A stretch of DNA of 64,000 nucleotides from the human T2T-CHM13v2.0 reference genome, Homo sapiens, in the NCBI RefSeq assembly GCF_009914755.1, contig NC_060938.1, one strand, 5' to 3'. Within the stretch, counting starts at the first letter, position 1. Every line of letters begins with the position of its first letter. A program made the translations under genes and the position numbers. Below, piece by piece: positions 51,301-64,000 of the stretch. Below the pieces are notes generated by a model. The model did not search any database and was not told the origin of the DNA. It saw nothing but the letters and a program-made list of their open reading frames with translations.

Positions 51301-53589
51301 TGAAATAGTAAACATTTCTCAAATGTGAAAGATAGAACACATTTTTATACTTAGCTAATATTCATACTTAGCTTTATGTGTTATAATGGTTGACTAATTA
51401 ATTTGGATTTTTTCAAGTATTGTGAAATTACCTATTGTATTATAACTTAGAAATAAGTCAGTTTAAGATTTATTATATAAACTAAATTATAGCAAATGTA
51501 AGTTACAATACCAATATAATGATAATGCAATAAAACATCATTTCCAGCATATAACATCATTTCCAGCATATTTTTTAAGGAAAGTGGAATTCCTCATATA
51601 GTGTAATGGTTACTGGCTGTCTGAAGAATAGGAGGCTCTCTGTGGTACTGAAATATTCCATTTTCTTTCAGGCACTTGCTATAAATGTGCATGACAACTG
51701 CTTTCATGCAGGTGAACAATAGAATAACATTTTAATCCTCATTCTAAAAGAAGGATTGGTCACAGAGAAAAGTGACTTCAATTATTTTCTAAAAAATAAA
51801 AGGTGAAGGAAATTGTACTACTTATAAAGTGGTCATTGCTTGCATAGTGACATTTCATTCAACATACATCATTCTAAAAAAATAAAATAAAATAATTGAC
51901 AAGTTCTTATGCTCCACATATCCTTGGAGTCCTCTCAATTCTAAAAGGATGAATGTTGCTATTGATTTTTTTGGTAGAAGAGTAATTGCTTATCCTTTAG
52001 TCCTTAGTCATTATAGATGACAACAGAATATGAGGAATGACAACTAGATGCCTTATTTTCAATACATTTTTCTCTTTTAAATGGAAGTCTTTTGGAATCA
52101 TTGCTAGCGTAATATAGAGCCTGGGAAAACTAAAATAACAAATTAAAGGATAACCAACATGCATCTAAGTCCAAAATATACCTCTCCTGATACTTTCACA
52201 CACATGTAAAACTAAAAAGGCAGTATTGATAAATAACACTATGTTTCTGAGGAAATGACATTCACATAGCAGTATTAGATTTATGTAGAACTGCATTTTT
52301 TTCTTTTTGTTATACCACACAATTACTCTTTCTCTTTCCTTGTATTTGAGATTAAGCTAATATTAAGGTGAAATGTTTATAGATGTCATAGTTTCCTCTT
52401 AAGTTTATTTAAAACCCACAATGTTGAATACTCTAATATTAAGTACCCTGCAATTTGAACTTCAAACAATTCAACTAAAACTGAGTTTCACAGATTTAAA
52501 CTTTTTTTTATTTCTCATATTATGCAGTATCCTAATTACTTATTTGAATATATTACATGACTTGCTTTTATATACAATTAGCTTTGGATGCAGTTAAGGA
52601 ACACTACTTCTACACTATGAATAAATAATGACTGAAAATTTAAAATCCATATTAGATAAAGTAAAAAGTTTATCTTCTCTCTCTAAACTGCATCTTGTCA
52701 AATCCATCTTGTATTGAAATACTCAAAGTAAGTTCTTCTATCACTAAGGACCCATATTAATTATTTTTACTTTTATTATGTCAGGTTAAATGATGTTCAC
52801 AAAATTATGGAGATAACCCATCCCTTAGTTTTATAAGGTTTCCTTGTTATTACTTATACATTTTATCACACGACTAAGACTGTATGCTCTTTGACATCAG
52901 ACTCAGTTCTAATTACTATTTATATTTCCTAGAGTACCACATTCCAGTAGATAATTGCTGATAAGAGGAATAAATTCTTTAAAAAATAGGAAGAATGAAA
53001 GGAAACTGATTGTTACTAAAACTTTTTAGGCCAGAAATTTCATGAGAAGAAAGCATATGGGTTTCTCCTTGAACGAGTTAAACTATTGAGAATAGTGAGC
53101 TAGAGAGAAGAGGCTTCAGTATGGCTCCTGTGACAGAGGTCAGTATCAACAGACTAAGAATGAGGACAAGGAGTAGAGCTCATTCATTATTTTCTCTAAC
53201 AATAATTGGAGAAGTAATTATTCTTCAGTGTTTATCATAATACACTAAGGACTCCAAGAAATTGTTCCTTTCCTAATTATTTAACAGAAGAAATGATACC
53301 ATAACTTAATCAAAATTATATTAATCCCATAATTTTTACAGAAAAATATTTATTCAGTGTTATCATGTATTTTCCACAGAAATGTTAAAGAAAAGTAATA
53401 GAAGATATATATAATATGTTGACAGCGGTGGGGAATTAAAAGTATGAGAGCTATGCAAAATGTTATTAACAATGCTATTAACATAATTTTTCCTTTATTT
53501 GAATTTAAACTACTAATAGTATAAACATAGAGTCAACAAAAAGGTAGTTTTTAATAGACACATATTTATAAGGGGATTTTTTAACCTAC

Positions 53590-53885
53590 CCCCTCAAACA
53601 TGGATTCTTTGTTTTATAAACAATTCAATTACAGTCTTTTAGTCATTTAAAAATGTACAATTAAATTGTTATCGACTATAGTCCCTCTGTTGTGCTACAA
53701 AATAGTAGATGTTATTCATACTTCCAATTTTTTTTTTGTTGTTGTTAACCGGTTAACCATCTCCACCTCCTCCCTTCCCTCCCACTGCCCTTGCCTGCCT
53801 CTGATAATCATCCATCTATTCTCTATCTCCATGAGTTCAATTGTGTTCATATTTAGGTACCACAAATAAGTGAGAACACATGATG
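53590..53885 (-). mobile_element. L1MA 3' fragment
   Basis: aaaatgtacaattaaattgttatcgactatagtc...tctatctccatgagttcaattg...cacaaataagtgagaac. Confidence 0.8.
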
Positions 53886-54337
53886 ATAAGCCAGGAATAA
53901 GGGAGTTTTTACAAACTTAATTGAATATACATTCTAAAACAGCCCCATCTTCATTATTAATTTAGAAATGAGGCCAATAACACTCATAAAAGACTATATT
54001 TCAAATGATAAGGAATAGAGACAATATTCTGAAAACACATTATTATATATAAGTGATAGATTGTGTAGATTTGATTGAATTATTCCATTTTGGATTATAC
54101 ATATCTATATTTTTAGATAATAAACAATTGAATATTTACTCCTTTATATATTGTTCACTTTGTGTGCTTCCATCTCTACCAAGTAGCTTTCCATATTTGT
54201 GAGATAATTATATTATTCAGTATTATAATGATTATTACTATGAGAATTAATAGTATCAATGTTAGAAAAAAATGGATCAAATAGAAAAGTAAAACCAATA
54301 CATACAAGATAATCTACTTGTAAATTTAAAATATTGG

Positions 54338-54641
<304 letters not shown>

Positions 54642-56576
54642 AAAATATTGGTTAAATAAATCATTTTCCAGAGGAGTTAAATTTTCAGGATCATTAATTT
54701 ACCAAAATTTTATTGTAGTTCAATAATCTAATAACAGTTATCCACATCAGTTTTAATATTTTACCACAAATAACCAAGAAAATCTGCTAAAAATTTTGCT
54801 AAATACTAAAATTTCAAAATTAATATGAGCTAAAACAATTTTTTAATGGAAAATATACATGTTACTTTCAGCTCTCAGAGAGCTTAGTATGAGCCCTGTC
54901 TAGTGGCAATGATGTGGAAGTAATAGAATGTCATACAAATTACCAGGCAGAATCTAGTGGGAGTAATAAATTATAGAGATAAAATAATTAAAAAGTTTGA
55001 TTTTCAAGAATCATGACATTTAGAGTCCTTGAGTATGCATATATCTGACGCTTTTACTAAAATGTTAAGTATTAATTTTAAAAGCTTATGTCTGTAAGTG
55101 GTATTGTACTGACAAATAAGTTATGCCTTGCAATAATGAAGAGATCACTTTATCCAATATGAAAAGAAGTCATGATAAAAGAGCATTGGACAAATGTTTC
55201 ACGTTCATAGGCATGAGATTCATGCTGGAATCTCATTACTATTTTATAGAAGTTTTCAATACATGTCGTCTTTATTGTAATATTTTGCAGTATTTTATTC
55301 TTGATTTAACTATTGTAAATACCAATGCCAAAACTGCAGAAAGCACCCATTTCAAGGAAAAAAACTCAAATGACTGATTAAGTTTACAAGATGCCCAATG
55401 CTCAGTACTTTTCATGCCAGTAACATCTTTGGGGGCTTTCCAAAATTTTAGAACTGAATACACATAGAAGGGAACCACAGCTACTTCTTTGGCAGTAGTC
55501 AGTGTATATAATTTACATTGCTGGAAAACTGTGCTATAGTATTCTGAATATACTCAGGAATGTTAGTTCTGATGCTTGAGAAATTAACCTTATTTCAAAA
55601 ACACTACAATTAATTGACAAATAAAGTAATAACATCTTTTATATGGAAAAGCAAACCTCTGTTCCTCCCAAGCGATTATCTATCTTATATACCTGAAATT
55701 ACTATTTAGAAAACTTCCATTTACACTGCTGTTTTCATTTAAATTATTTGACAAGATAATCCATATTCATGGTGAGAACTGTCAAAAAGTGCAGAAAAAT
55801 GAATAATTAATACAGAAACACCAACTCTCACCAAATAATTTATTTATAAATTAATAAATATCACTTGATAAAGATAATTTTTCAGCCATTCCTGGAGTCT
55901 GTTAGATATGTGTTACTACAGAAAAAATTATAGCTTTTATCTTTATAACTTAGCACATAAAATAGTTTTTTGGCATTAAAATGTGATTATAAAACTTCCA
56001 TTTTCAGCTCCAACATGTAAAAATATTGGATCTTGTCATTCTAATCATTACAAAAAAAAAAAAACCTGAACAGAAAGGAAATGATTTATTAGGTCCATCA
56101 GAGAATTTAAATCAGTTGACAAACGACCACCTGAACTCTGAAGAAAGAGGCAAGTACAGCAAATAACAGCCTATATCAACTTACCTGGGGCAGAAACCCC
56201 AGGTTGCTATAAAATAGTAGGATAATTTACAATAGGTCATTTTGATGAATTCCTAGAGGTTGAGTGTGGATTCGCTTGTGAATAAGAAACTCCTGGGGCC
56301 CTTCTCCAAATTTTTGTTAGTTTTATCTACAGGAATTCCATCAGGTAGAACATCTGAGTAACACATTCATACATTTTGGGAATGGGAAGCAGAAAAATAG
56401 CCATTTTGGTATAATTGCAGAGCATTCTTCACAACAAAGGCCAACACTCCATGGGAAATTACTTTACTGAGCCTTTTGGAGGGGGAAAGGACAATTATCC
56501 AACGTTAGCCCCTTGTAGCTTTCCTACCATGTGTAAGAAGATTTTTAAAATGCTAATAAACATTAATAAAAGTCAT

Positions 56577-56882
<306 letters not shown>

Positions 56883-56956
56883 TGTGATAGCCCAGTGAGA
56901 CAAGACAATAAGATGTGAAATAATTCATAAGAAAATTGAATTGAAATGATTTATCA

Positions 56957-57217
<261 letters not shown>

Positions 57218-57519
57218 TTAAATTTAGAGTAATATATACAATAATGTTTGATTTATAACTAATACTGATGTTATTTAAATAAAAAAGGAATAAGGAGAAA
57301 ATGTGATTTAAGCAGATAATAATAACAAACATGAACTGACAAAACACAAAACATGCCAGTCACTATTGCTAAATTATCATTATGAATTAAAGAATCAAAG
57401 TCCTACTATAAGCTGTATAAAAGATACATTTTAGGTTCAGAGCCAGAATAGAAAGAAAGTGGAATGATCAAAAAATACATACCATACAGAAAATAACATA
57501 AAGGAGCTGAAGTGGCTAC

Positions 57520-57642
57520 TTAAAGGTAGGCTAGGCTAAACTATGATGCTAGGTCTATTGAATATGTCTTGACTTACGATACTTTCAACTTGCAATGGGT
57601 TCATTGAGATGTAACCTCATTGTAAGTTGAGAACCATTTGTA
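57520..57642 (-). mobile_element. TcMar-Tigger end fragment (MER47/Tigger5-like)
   Basis: aaggtaggctaggctaaactatgatg...gacttacgata...tgtaacctcattgtaagttgagaaccatttg followed by TA. Confidence 0.75.
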
Positions 57643-58902
57643 ATGACTGATACATGAACGTTCATTTAATGTTTATTGCAGGATTATTCATAGTAGCTAA
57701 AAATAGGAAGTAATTAACGTATCAATCAATTGGCGAATAGGAATAAAGATGAATGAATTAGTGATATATGCAGCAATAAGAATGAACCTCAGAAACACTA
57801 CGCTAGGTGAAAGAACACGGATTAAAATGGCTGCATTCTTGAATATTTCAACTAACACAAATGGTGTGAAAAAAACAGATTACTAACCCTTCAGAATTAC
57901 TAACAATTGTTCAGAAGTCTCTGGATTTCGAAATACAAAAACCTTCCTTCTTTCCCATCTAAAACTTTGTTGAATATCTAATAACTTGCTAAACCAAATA
58001 CCTCTGAAAAATATTCTTAAATAGCAGTAAGTAAATGATTAATTAATTATGGTTCTTAAGTAGTTAACTAAGCTAAACTGTATGTAAAAACATATAATTG
58101 TATCATTTATTTGACAGCATGCTAAGAGAAAGCATGAATGCCATTTTCAAATATGCTGCAAATTACATCCCAAAATGTAATTTTTAACACAAAGTAACAA
58201 AACATGGTAAAATAAAGACCGGAAGATTCCAAGCCATCTGATTTATTTAGCGAGTAAAAGGGAGAAGTAGTTGAACTGCCTAGTATTTTTTGAAGGGAAA
58301 ATCATTTCACCCAACGTTGAACTTAGAAGAGCAATACAATGTAGGTGAGAAAAAGTGAATCAGAGAAATTCCTGAGTGTCTCTAGACAGAAGATAAACGC
58401 CACAGATTGTCTCCTTTTGAGAGAAGAATATTGGGGTGAAGTGATCAAGCCCCAAACAGGTGATTGACTATTAAATTCAATAACCTCCTCAGTTTTCTTA
58501 TTGACTTCTCAAATCTCCCATTAAGGAAATGTCTCAAGGGAAAGACACAAATAAACTACAAAGAGAGTGATTTGAAATAAAGCCAGCTCCAGAAATAAAT
58601 GCCGTTACAAATGAATATGAAAATAAAAATTGCTACAAAATATAAGCTGGTTGTGCACTGCTTAAATCATTACAAATGCAGATATATCACTCAGTGTTGA
58701 AATCTTATTTAAGAAACATATAAAGTATAGATATTTGGAATGAAAATCCATTCACTTGTTTAGGTTGTAAAATCATGCACTGTGTTCTCAGAAATAGAAA
58801 TCTCTTTAATAAAGTGTTAAAAATAAAGGTAAAGACAGGAGGACTCCTGATCATTTTGCTTTTTTCATGTGTTCCATTTCTAGGGGAAAATAAGACTCTA
58901 GA

Positions 58903-58906
<4 letters not shown>

Positions 58907-58955
<49 letters not shown>

Positions 58956-58978
58956 AGAGAGAGAAAAAAGAGAGAGAT
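58907..58978. repeat. Compound (TC)n(TG)n(AG)n microsatellite
   Basis: Direct observation. Confidence 0.95.
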
Positions 58979-60399
58979 GTTTGCAACAGCAACACTTTAA
59001 TTTGACTACGACTTAATAACCTACAGTAGCACAAAAATAGCCTAGTAATGGGTAAAAGTATTTAGAAGGAGGATTCTCAGCACTGGCTTTTGCAATACCT
59101 TATATCCCTAAATCTGTTTGGAAATGCATGAGCACATGGCAAATGGTATAAATGATACAATTTTTCACATTGTAGAAATCATGGAACATCTATAAATATA
59201 GCAGCATCTTAACATTCTACATAACAAAATGATTCTGCATTGGTTCTTTCCTAGCTTATCTCCAGTGTAAAAATTTTGAGAGCTAAAAAAGAACTCTCAA
59301 ATTGGGGAAAAGGGTTTTGACTGTGATTATTTTGTACATCTTAACAGTTGTCATATAATTTAAAATCTAAAATTTGGTACATTTAATAATACATCATTAT
59401 AATTAAAATGCATAAGTTGGATATGGATGCCTCATTTATCAATGACTTAAGTTCTAAAGGGAGCTATTACTTAAACTCAATTGACTTCATTATGCTAATC
59501 TAAGAAACTATGCTAAAATCTGGCCAGCTGTCAGTGAATGTGCACTTGTCTCAGGTTCCTGTTGCTTCATTTTATTTTGAAAGATAACATGTTAATTAGT
59601 TATTGGTTTTCTCTCACTCTTTCCACTGCTCACTCTATACAATTTCTTATGATGATAATTATTCATCCATAATTAGACTTCATGTGCATTATTAGTCATC
59701 CAGTTACAAATATTTTTACATAGTAATTTGAAATCGTAATTTCCTGTTTGAGGAAGTAGTTGTAAATATAGGCCCCTGTAATAAAATAAGCTTTTTATAA
59801 TCTTATTTAACAATAATGTTGTTATAACAGTTTGAATAAACCATTTGTCATTACTGAAAAAAATATGAATTAATATTAGAACCATAATTAGGAGTAACAT
59901 ATGCCAAAGTATAATAGTAAATTTTGTATACTTTCATCTCTATAGGAAAAAAAAAGATTGTGCTGTTGGAGGTTAGAGTAGTATTTATTTTATGGACTTG
60001 TGAAGTCTGCAGGTGGTGCATTCAAGAGCCTACCAGATTTGGAAACCCTGGAAGTCTCGTGTCTAAACAGGGATCATAGCGGTGGAGATGTAAAGAGCCC
60101 AGCAGACTGAGGGGCCATGGAGGAAGCACCTTGGCTCTTCTCAGCACCAGCTTTTAACTTGAAAGGGTTTACAAAGCTATGTTCTTCCCATGTAGCTACT
60201 CTACCTGCCCTGGATACAGTGCTGCAGCATCTCCTCACCCACACTAATTTCTTCTTTCAGGTGTCAATACCTCTTGCCACTGGCTTCCATTCCAATCATT
60301 TGGTACCATTCTGATTCTTTACCTGAAGGCTAGTTATGTATGTTTAAGGGTATATTCACAGCATCAAAATTCAGAGAGCTCTACATTTATGATGCTTGC

Positions 60400-61110
60400 T
60401 CTATACATATATTTGATGAAGTTAAAAATTCAAGTAACCAAAAATAAATCTATTAAAAGGCTTGCAAGACCACTTCACCAAAAACTGCTGATCATTACTA
60501 AGAGAAGTTAAAGAATCGCAAAGACAATTGAAGGTTATTCAATGATCATGGCTTAGAAAAATCAATAATGCAAAGAAGCCAATTCTCCCTAAATTGGCAT
60601 TCCAACAAATAAAAATTTTTGCAGATTTTTAAAATTGAAAGTGACTGGCTGATTTTAACATTTGTTTAGAAATGTGAAAGCCTGGAAATTGTTGGAAATA
60701 GTCAAGACAATAAAACGTAAACACTTCTAGATATTAGAAGCCTATAATAATAAAAAGTCTAGACTAGACAAGAATAGAAAAATGAATGAATGGAATAGAA
60801 TAGAGATTTCAGGAAAAGGTATGAGCACATACTTTATCTTTCTATATGACAATGCTAACAGAAGTTCAAAGTAAAAATTTTATTTTTAAACAATAAAAAT
60901 AATTTAAAAATTAGTCTTTCTTTTGCCTTTTAATGGGACATGATTTATAGTATGATAAAGTTGAACCACCTCACATATTTTGACAAAAAATTGCATGATT
61001 ACACACCTAAGTGAGAATACGCTTTGATTAAATGATCAGCTTATATAAATTTTGTACTTAAGATAATTTCTAATGCATAGTTGAATTATTCTGACATTTA
61101 AAAAAGCTTT
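60400..61110 (+). mobile_element. Very old L1ME-type ORF2 fragment
   Basis: caattctccctaaattg, tggaatagaatagagatttcag. Confidence 0.55.
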
Positions 61111-61114
61111 TTAA

Positions 61115-61414
<300 letters not shown>

Positions 61415-62039
61415 GTTTTTTAAAAAATAAACTGAATAAAGTAAATAAAATAGTTTTTCCATCCTTCATAGCAAATACAGTTGTTGCTTCCTTCAGAATA
61501 AACAGGATTATGACTTTAAATTCTTACTCTATTGAATTGAGAAGAAAGAACTTTAATTTGACAAGGTGAGCAAAGAATGATAAAAAATACGTGGCAAATT
61601 TATTTGAAACTCTGATATATCTGAAGTTTATAGTTCAAGGATTATCACAGATTGCATAGCTAGTTACTTCCTAAATAACTTTTTCTGTATATACTTTCGT
61701 AGGAAACCTGGGAATTCCTCCACCCCAAGTGTCCTCAATGTTTCTTAATGCTACTTTTGACCTCTCAGTTGCCTATAATTACATGCTGAATTAAAGAAAG
61801 AATACATGACTGAGTATCTTCTTTTGCCCTAGGAAGTGAACAAGATTAGGTGGGTGTTTGTGTTAAGTTTTGCTTGGAAGCAGACCTAGAAGGCTTTTCA
61901 GCAAAAAACAATCTTAGTGTGGCTTGTGACAATTTATGAACATTTTCTAACTTCTAACTGAAACAAATAACTATATTTTTCTCCCAACTAGTCATGTTTA
62001 TTTTTGTTTACAGCACTTATTATAAATTGAGATGGATAC

Positions 62040-62338
62040 TTTTTTTTTTTTTTTTTTTTTTGGGACAGTCTCGCTCTGTCGCTCAGGCTGGAGTGCAGTG
62101 GCGTCATCTCAGCTCACTGCAAGCTCCGCCTCCCTAGTTCAGCCATTCTCCTGCCTCAACCTCCCAAGTAGCTGGGACTACAGGCAGCGCCACCACGCCT
62201 GGCTAATTTTTTGTATTTTTAGTAGAGACGGGGTTTCACCGTGTTAGCCAGGATGGTCTCGATTTCCTGACCTCGTGATCCGCCCGCCTCAGCCTTCCAA
62301 AGGGCTGGGATTACAGGCGTGAGCCACCGCCCCCTGCC
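62040..62338 (-). mobile_element. AluY
   Basis: ccgtgttagccaggatggtctcgat; TSD atacttttt. Confidence 0.94.
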
Positions 62339-63929
62339 TATACTTTTTTTTTAAAGGACTATTGAAATGTTGAACCATCTGAACTACATTTTGAGCACTG
62401 AATAGCTTAGTTTTAAATGTTATGGCTAGTAAGGAGACATCTGTAAAACATAAAAAATGAATCATTTGTCTAATCTACATTTTTAAAATATAAAAATTGA
62501 TGAAACATTTTCTGTGTACTAAGGACTTTCATCATAAAAGTGACAATAAAGAAATGATGTTACAATAACCTCATCTCACTTAAATTGATAAAAATTGCCA
62601 AGTTTATTTATGGTATTTATGCTTTTCTTATGATAGGACAAAATTAAAATAGCTAATTTGTTTGCCAAATGCCTGAGAAAGTAGTAATAACTAGTAATTT
62701 TACCTTCTAATACCTTCCTAAGTAAAAATATTTACCCACATCCCAGATAAAGAAGGAATTAATATGTGAAATGATGTAAGGTTTTGGAAGAAAGTCTAAT
62801 ATTTAGGGTAGTAAGTTTGATACCATATGCATACATAAAGGCACGGGTAGTGGGAGGAAGAGAGCAAGAAAAGAGAGCAGGATAAACTTTAATGGGTACA
62901 AATTAGTAAAGAGCTTTCTGATGTGCCATTCTAGAAATGTAGACACCTTCCAAAGGCAACAAATCGTGGTCTACATAAGATTTCTACTAAAGAAACAAAT
63001 TGACCCAATTATTGTTTTCTGACAGGTAATTTATAGGATTGTAAAGAATGAAAGTCAGTTCCTCACAAACAAATCTGTGCACTGGAAGACAGCCCATTAC
63101 TGCCTGTACCCTTTTCAACTGTTTTTCCAGGAAATGGCTACATAATATCATTTCCAATCTAGATTCCCTACAACATCTCTAAACCTATTTGAATTTACTA
63201 GATTCTCTAAATAAATATTGACCATTCCTATGTGCTTAAATACAATTAAAATGCCTAAGTCCTTTAGGAGATTTAGTTCATCTGTAAAGCATTTCCAAAA
63301 GGCATTTCCAACATTTGATAACATTATCACCCTTTGCAATGATTTTGTACCATCTCTTACAACATCCCAAGGTTAACACCCTACCATATACAGTTCTACA
63401 GTTAGTGGAACTAATCCTCTTCTTTCCTCAGATAAACTTGAATAAAAGACCCATACATTTTTCTACAAAAATACAGTGTATTTCTGCTGGGCATCAGCAA
63501 ACATACACTACAGCCTTCCCACCCTGGCAATGTTTGTAAATCAGCATCTATAGAAACATACAACTGCAGGTTTAAAATGAAAAGTAGCAGCCTTTCATAT
63601 AGCCCTATATACTCCATTATGGCTAAAAGTTATTTCATTAAATGTGGCATAACAGGTTAAAAATACAAATAGCCTAATAGGATAATCTAGTATATCACAA
63701 TTAGTTCTGTGGTTTTAGAAGAGAATTATATTTTTAAAAATTATGTATTTGTCAAAGCCATTTTGTCAAGGAAAGCCTAGTCAGAAAAATTGTGGTTAAG
63801 GCCCCCTCGTTAATGATTTTTTCTTTATTTGATGTGAACATAGTTCTTTATATAAATCCTCCTTGTCTATTTGATAATGTAGACTCATTTCAATGCATAT
63901 ATTACTCAGCTAATGTACCATTTACCCCT

Positions 63930-63969
<40 letters not shown>

Positions 63970-64000
63970 TTCATTCATTCATTTATTTGAGGCAGGGTCT
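63930..64000 (-). mobile_element. Alu 3' end with (TTTA)n/(TTCA)n tail, cut by the window edge
   Basis: tttgaggcagggtct after the tetranucleotide run. Confidence 0.75.

Noticed and set aside
60000-60330. GC-richer patch with acceptor-like ttcttctttcag and a 65-aa ORF
   Set aside because: No recognisable protein similarity or paired donor; cannot be supported from sequence alone.

Overview
AT-rich, repeat-dense primate genomic DNA, almost certainly human because it carries an AluYb8. I found no intact cellular protein-coding gene, RNA gene or CRISPR array; nearly every ORF in the track comes from a repeat or microsatellite. Main contents: (1) a ~575-bp inverted duplication at 6.4-9.0 kb; (2) a near-full-length, decayed L1PB-type LINE at 9.4-15.1 kb; (3) an internally deleted ERV1 provirus of the HERV-W/HERV9 group (LTR30/HERV30-like, 27560-34303, TSD GTAT), whose 5' LTR is split by a solo LTR12 that is itself split by an AluY; (4) a 5'-truncated KRT8 processed pseudogene with an internal template-switch inversion; (5) an HSMAR2 fragment, MLT1/MLT2/MST/MER57-like LTRs, old L1M pieces (one with a clean 1.6-kb internal inversion) and about 15 Alus. 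The best leads are in the provirus: a gag-env deletion junction that is in frame, a decayed ~290-codon pre-gag ORF, intact cis signals, and a second promoter (LTR12) inserted in its 5' LTR. All viral ORFs are now broken, so these look like fossils rather than a demonstrated active system. Repeat family names are from my memory of consensus sequences, not from a database search; boundaries without a TSD are approximate.
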